Source: Saccostrea cucullata
Taxonomy: Eukaryota
Length of the DNA: 64,000 bases
Reading direction: 5' to 3'
Assembly (NCBI RefSeq): GCF_032062105.1
Contig: NW_026936238.1
Span: forward strand, 1-64,000
Shown: positions 63,140 through 64,000 of the stretch, piece by piece
How the letters are laid out: every line of letters starts with the position of its first letter
Position numbering within the stretch: position 1 is the first letter of the stretch
Position numbers and translations under genes: made by a program
Notes under the pieces: model-generated
Database searches by the model: none
Told to the model about the DNA's origin: nothing
What the model saw: only the letters and a program-made list of their open reading frames with translations

Positions 63140-64000
63140 AACTGTCCAAACCAGACGAAATACCCCCCGCTGGGTTTTTCAGATGTAAGTTTTTCCATAA
63201 TAAAGAAATGTTTCAAAATCAAAAATTATTAAATTTTTTATTCCAGTGACCTTGAACTTACCCAAATAACCTTGGGTCAAGGTCATGACATACCCTTGGG
63301 TCATGGGCAATCTTTCAGTGAAATGAGAACCTACCAAGTTTATCCATAAGAAAGATATGGACCTGACACGAATTATGAAATTGTCTCTTCCATTTACCTT
63401 GAACTTCCCCAAATGACCTTGGGTCAAGGTCATGACACACCCTTGGGTCATGGGCAATCTTTGTGTGAAATAAAAACCTACCAAGTTTATCCATAAGAAA
63501 GATATGGACAAGACATGAATTATGAAATTTTTCTACCAGTGACCTTGAACTTCCCCAAATGACCCTGGGTCAAGGTCATGACACACCCTTGTGACATGGG
63601 CAATCTTTGTGTGAAATGAGAACTTACCAAGTTTATGCATAAGAAAGATATGTACCATACACAAATTGTGAAATTTATTTACCATTGACCTTGAACTTCT
63701 CCAAATGACCTTGGGTCAAGGTCATGATACACCCTTGGGTCATGGGCAATCTTTGTGTGAAATGACAACCTACCAAGTTTATCTATAAGAAAAATATGGA
63801 CCGGACACAAATTATGAAAATTTTCTTCCAGTGACCTTGAACTTTTCCAAATGACCCTGGGTCAAGGTCATGACACACCCTTGGGTCATGGGCAATCTTT
63901 GTGTGAAATGAAAACCTACCAAGTTTATTCATAAGAAGGATATGGACCGGACAGGGAATATTAAAAAGTTTTTTCCAGTATCCTTGAAATTTCCCAAATG
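63140..64000 (+). repeat. ~146-bp tandem satellite, probably within a Helentron-associated element; truncated by the window end
   Basis: More than 5 units of gaccttgaacttccccaaatgaccttgggtcaaggtcatgacacacccttggg. Confidence 0.85.

Noticed and set aside
63055-63180. SECIS element for the TRIM TGA
   Set aside because: An ATGA is present, but no complementary stem or GA quartet is evident by eye.

Overview
AT-rich, intron-rich animal DNA, most likely a bivalve/oyster. This is inferred from the B-box/NHL gene type and the Helentron-associated repeats. The minus strand carries two tandem partial copies of midasin (MDN1/Rea1). Copy B (>58095..14771) runs from the linker through the D/E-rich tail to the VWA/MIDAS C-terminus. 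Copy A (12550..<1) starts abruptly about 2 kb downstream of the copy B stop codon and repeats the linker exons. As assembled, both copies carry in-frame stops or damaged exons. The homologous intron of each copy hosts an antisense RING-less TRIM-like gene with a single-exon CDS (2 B-boxes, coiled coil, NHL propeller): one intact (6115-7743) and one with a TGA at a Cys position (61393-63054). The most unusual feature is that at least 8 distinct MDN1 exon/intron junctions have been amplified into tandem arrays (units of ~21, 25, ~27, 42, 43, 61, ~63 and 68 bp; up to ~37 copies). Most units straddle the splice site and expand into the intron, producing dozens of decoy donors or acceptors. Introns also hold nested DNA transposons (mariner, Kolobok-, CACTA-, hAT- and Harbinger-like MITEs, Helentron-associated elements, a SINE). 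Exon coordinates and counts were derived by hand.
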